Part shown: one piece after another, positions 32,678-33,373 of the stretch
How the letters are laid out: every line of letters begins with the position of its first letter
Numbering within the stretch: position 1 is the stretch's first letter
Source: Octopus bimaculoides
Lineage: Eukaryota
DNA length: 33,373 bases
Assembly: GCF_001194135.2 (NCBI RefSeq)
Contig: NC_068982.1
Coordinates: 171,779,395-171,812,767, forward strand
Reading direction: 5' to 3'
Position numbers and translations under genes: made by a program
Notes under the pieces: generated by a model
Told to the model about the DNA's origin: nothing
The model's input: only the letters and a program-made list of their open reading frames with translations
The model's database searches: none

Positions 32678-33373
32678 CGACTCTGCCCTATACTGTTCTC
32701 TCTCTCTCTCTCTATCTCTATCTCTCTCTTTCTCTCTCTTTCTCCTTTCGTTTTCTCTCTCTTCCTTTCTCTAATTATTTCTTCTCCCCTTTACTGTTTT
32801 CTATCTGTCCTATCTCTCTCCCTCTTCCTCCTTTATTCTCTCGTTGCTCACACGTGACCATCGTCCATCCTTCTTTTCCTCACGTGATCATCTTTCTTTT
32901 CTTTCGGTCTGTCGTACAGACCAGACGCAACTTGTCTGTCTCCTCTCCTAACTTTTCTTCAGTCAAACAATGTTCTTCCAGCGTTCGCCACCTTACTCCG
33001 TCTGGCTTAGCAGCCCTCACTGTTTGTTTCACTCTCCTGTTTTTGTTACCAATTTGATCCTCCGCAAATCCCAAATTTTATTTTGGTTCGCGGGAGCAAC
33101 TGTTTTCTCGAAAATGCATATTGTTAATTGCTCGAAATGTGGAGTAGATAAACAGCCGACAACTGATGAAGGGTCATTTTTTATGTTACTTGTCTTGTTT
33201 TCCATTTGTTTCTCTCATTGTTCACAAAAAAAGTTTGTCTTCGTATTCCATGTTGCTTACGTTTTGTAACGTCCTGTACCTATTTATGCATAAATATATG
33301 CATATATATGTAAGTACGTGCATATATGTATGTATATATGCATATATATATGTATATATATATATATATATAT

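Overview
Repeat-rich, AT-rich eukaryotic non-coding DNA from a gapped scaffold (6 N-gaps, most next to simple repeats). The SINE families and microsatellite load point to an octopus/coleoid cephalopod genome (inference). No intact host protein-coding gene is supported, and nearly all listed ORFs are microsatellite or N-gap artefacts. Identifiable content: at least five tRNA-SINE or SINE-like families (several copies with clear target-site duplications), a decayed full-length mariner, two Tc1/mariner MITEs, a probable hAT-type MITE, an RTE-clade LINE 3' remnant, a Penelope-like GIY-YIG remnant and a candidate promoter near 0.9-1.2 kb. The main discovery is two type I hammerhead ribozyme motifs with intact catalytic cores (16.3 kb on +, 21.9 kb on -). 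They sit in two diverged copies of one non-coding element whose downstream hairpins show compensatory base changes, suggesting a retrozyme-like self-cleaving RNA family. All alignments and pairings were done by eye, so element boundaries are approximate unless a TSD or TIR defines them.
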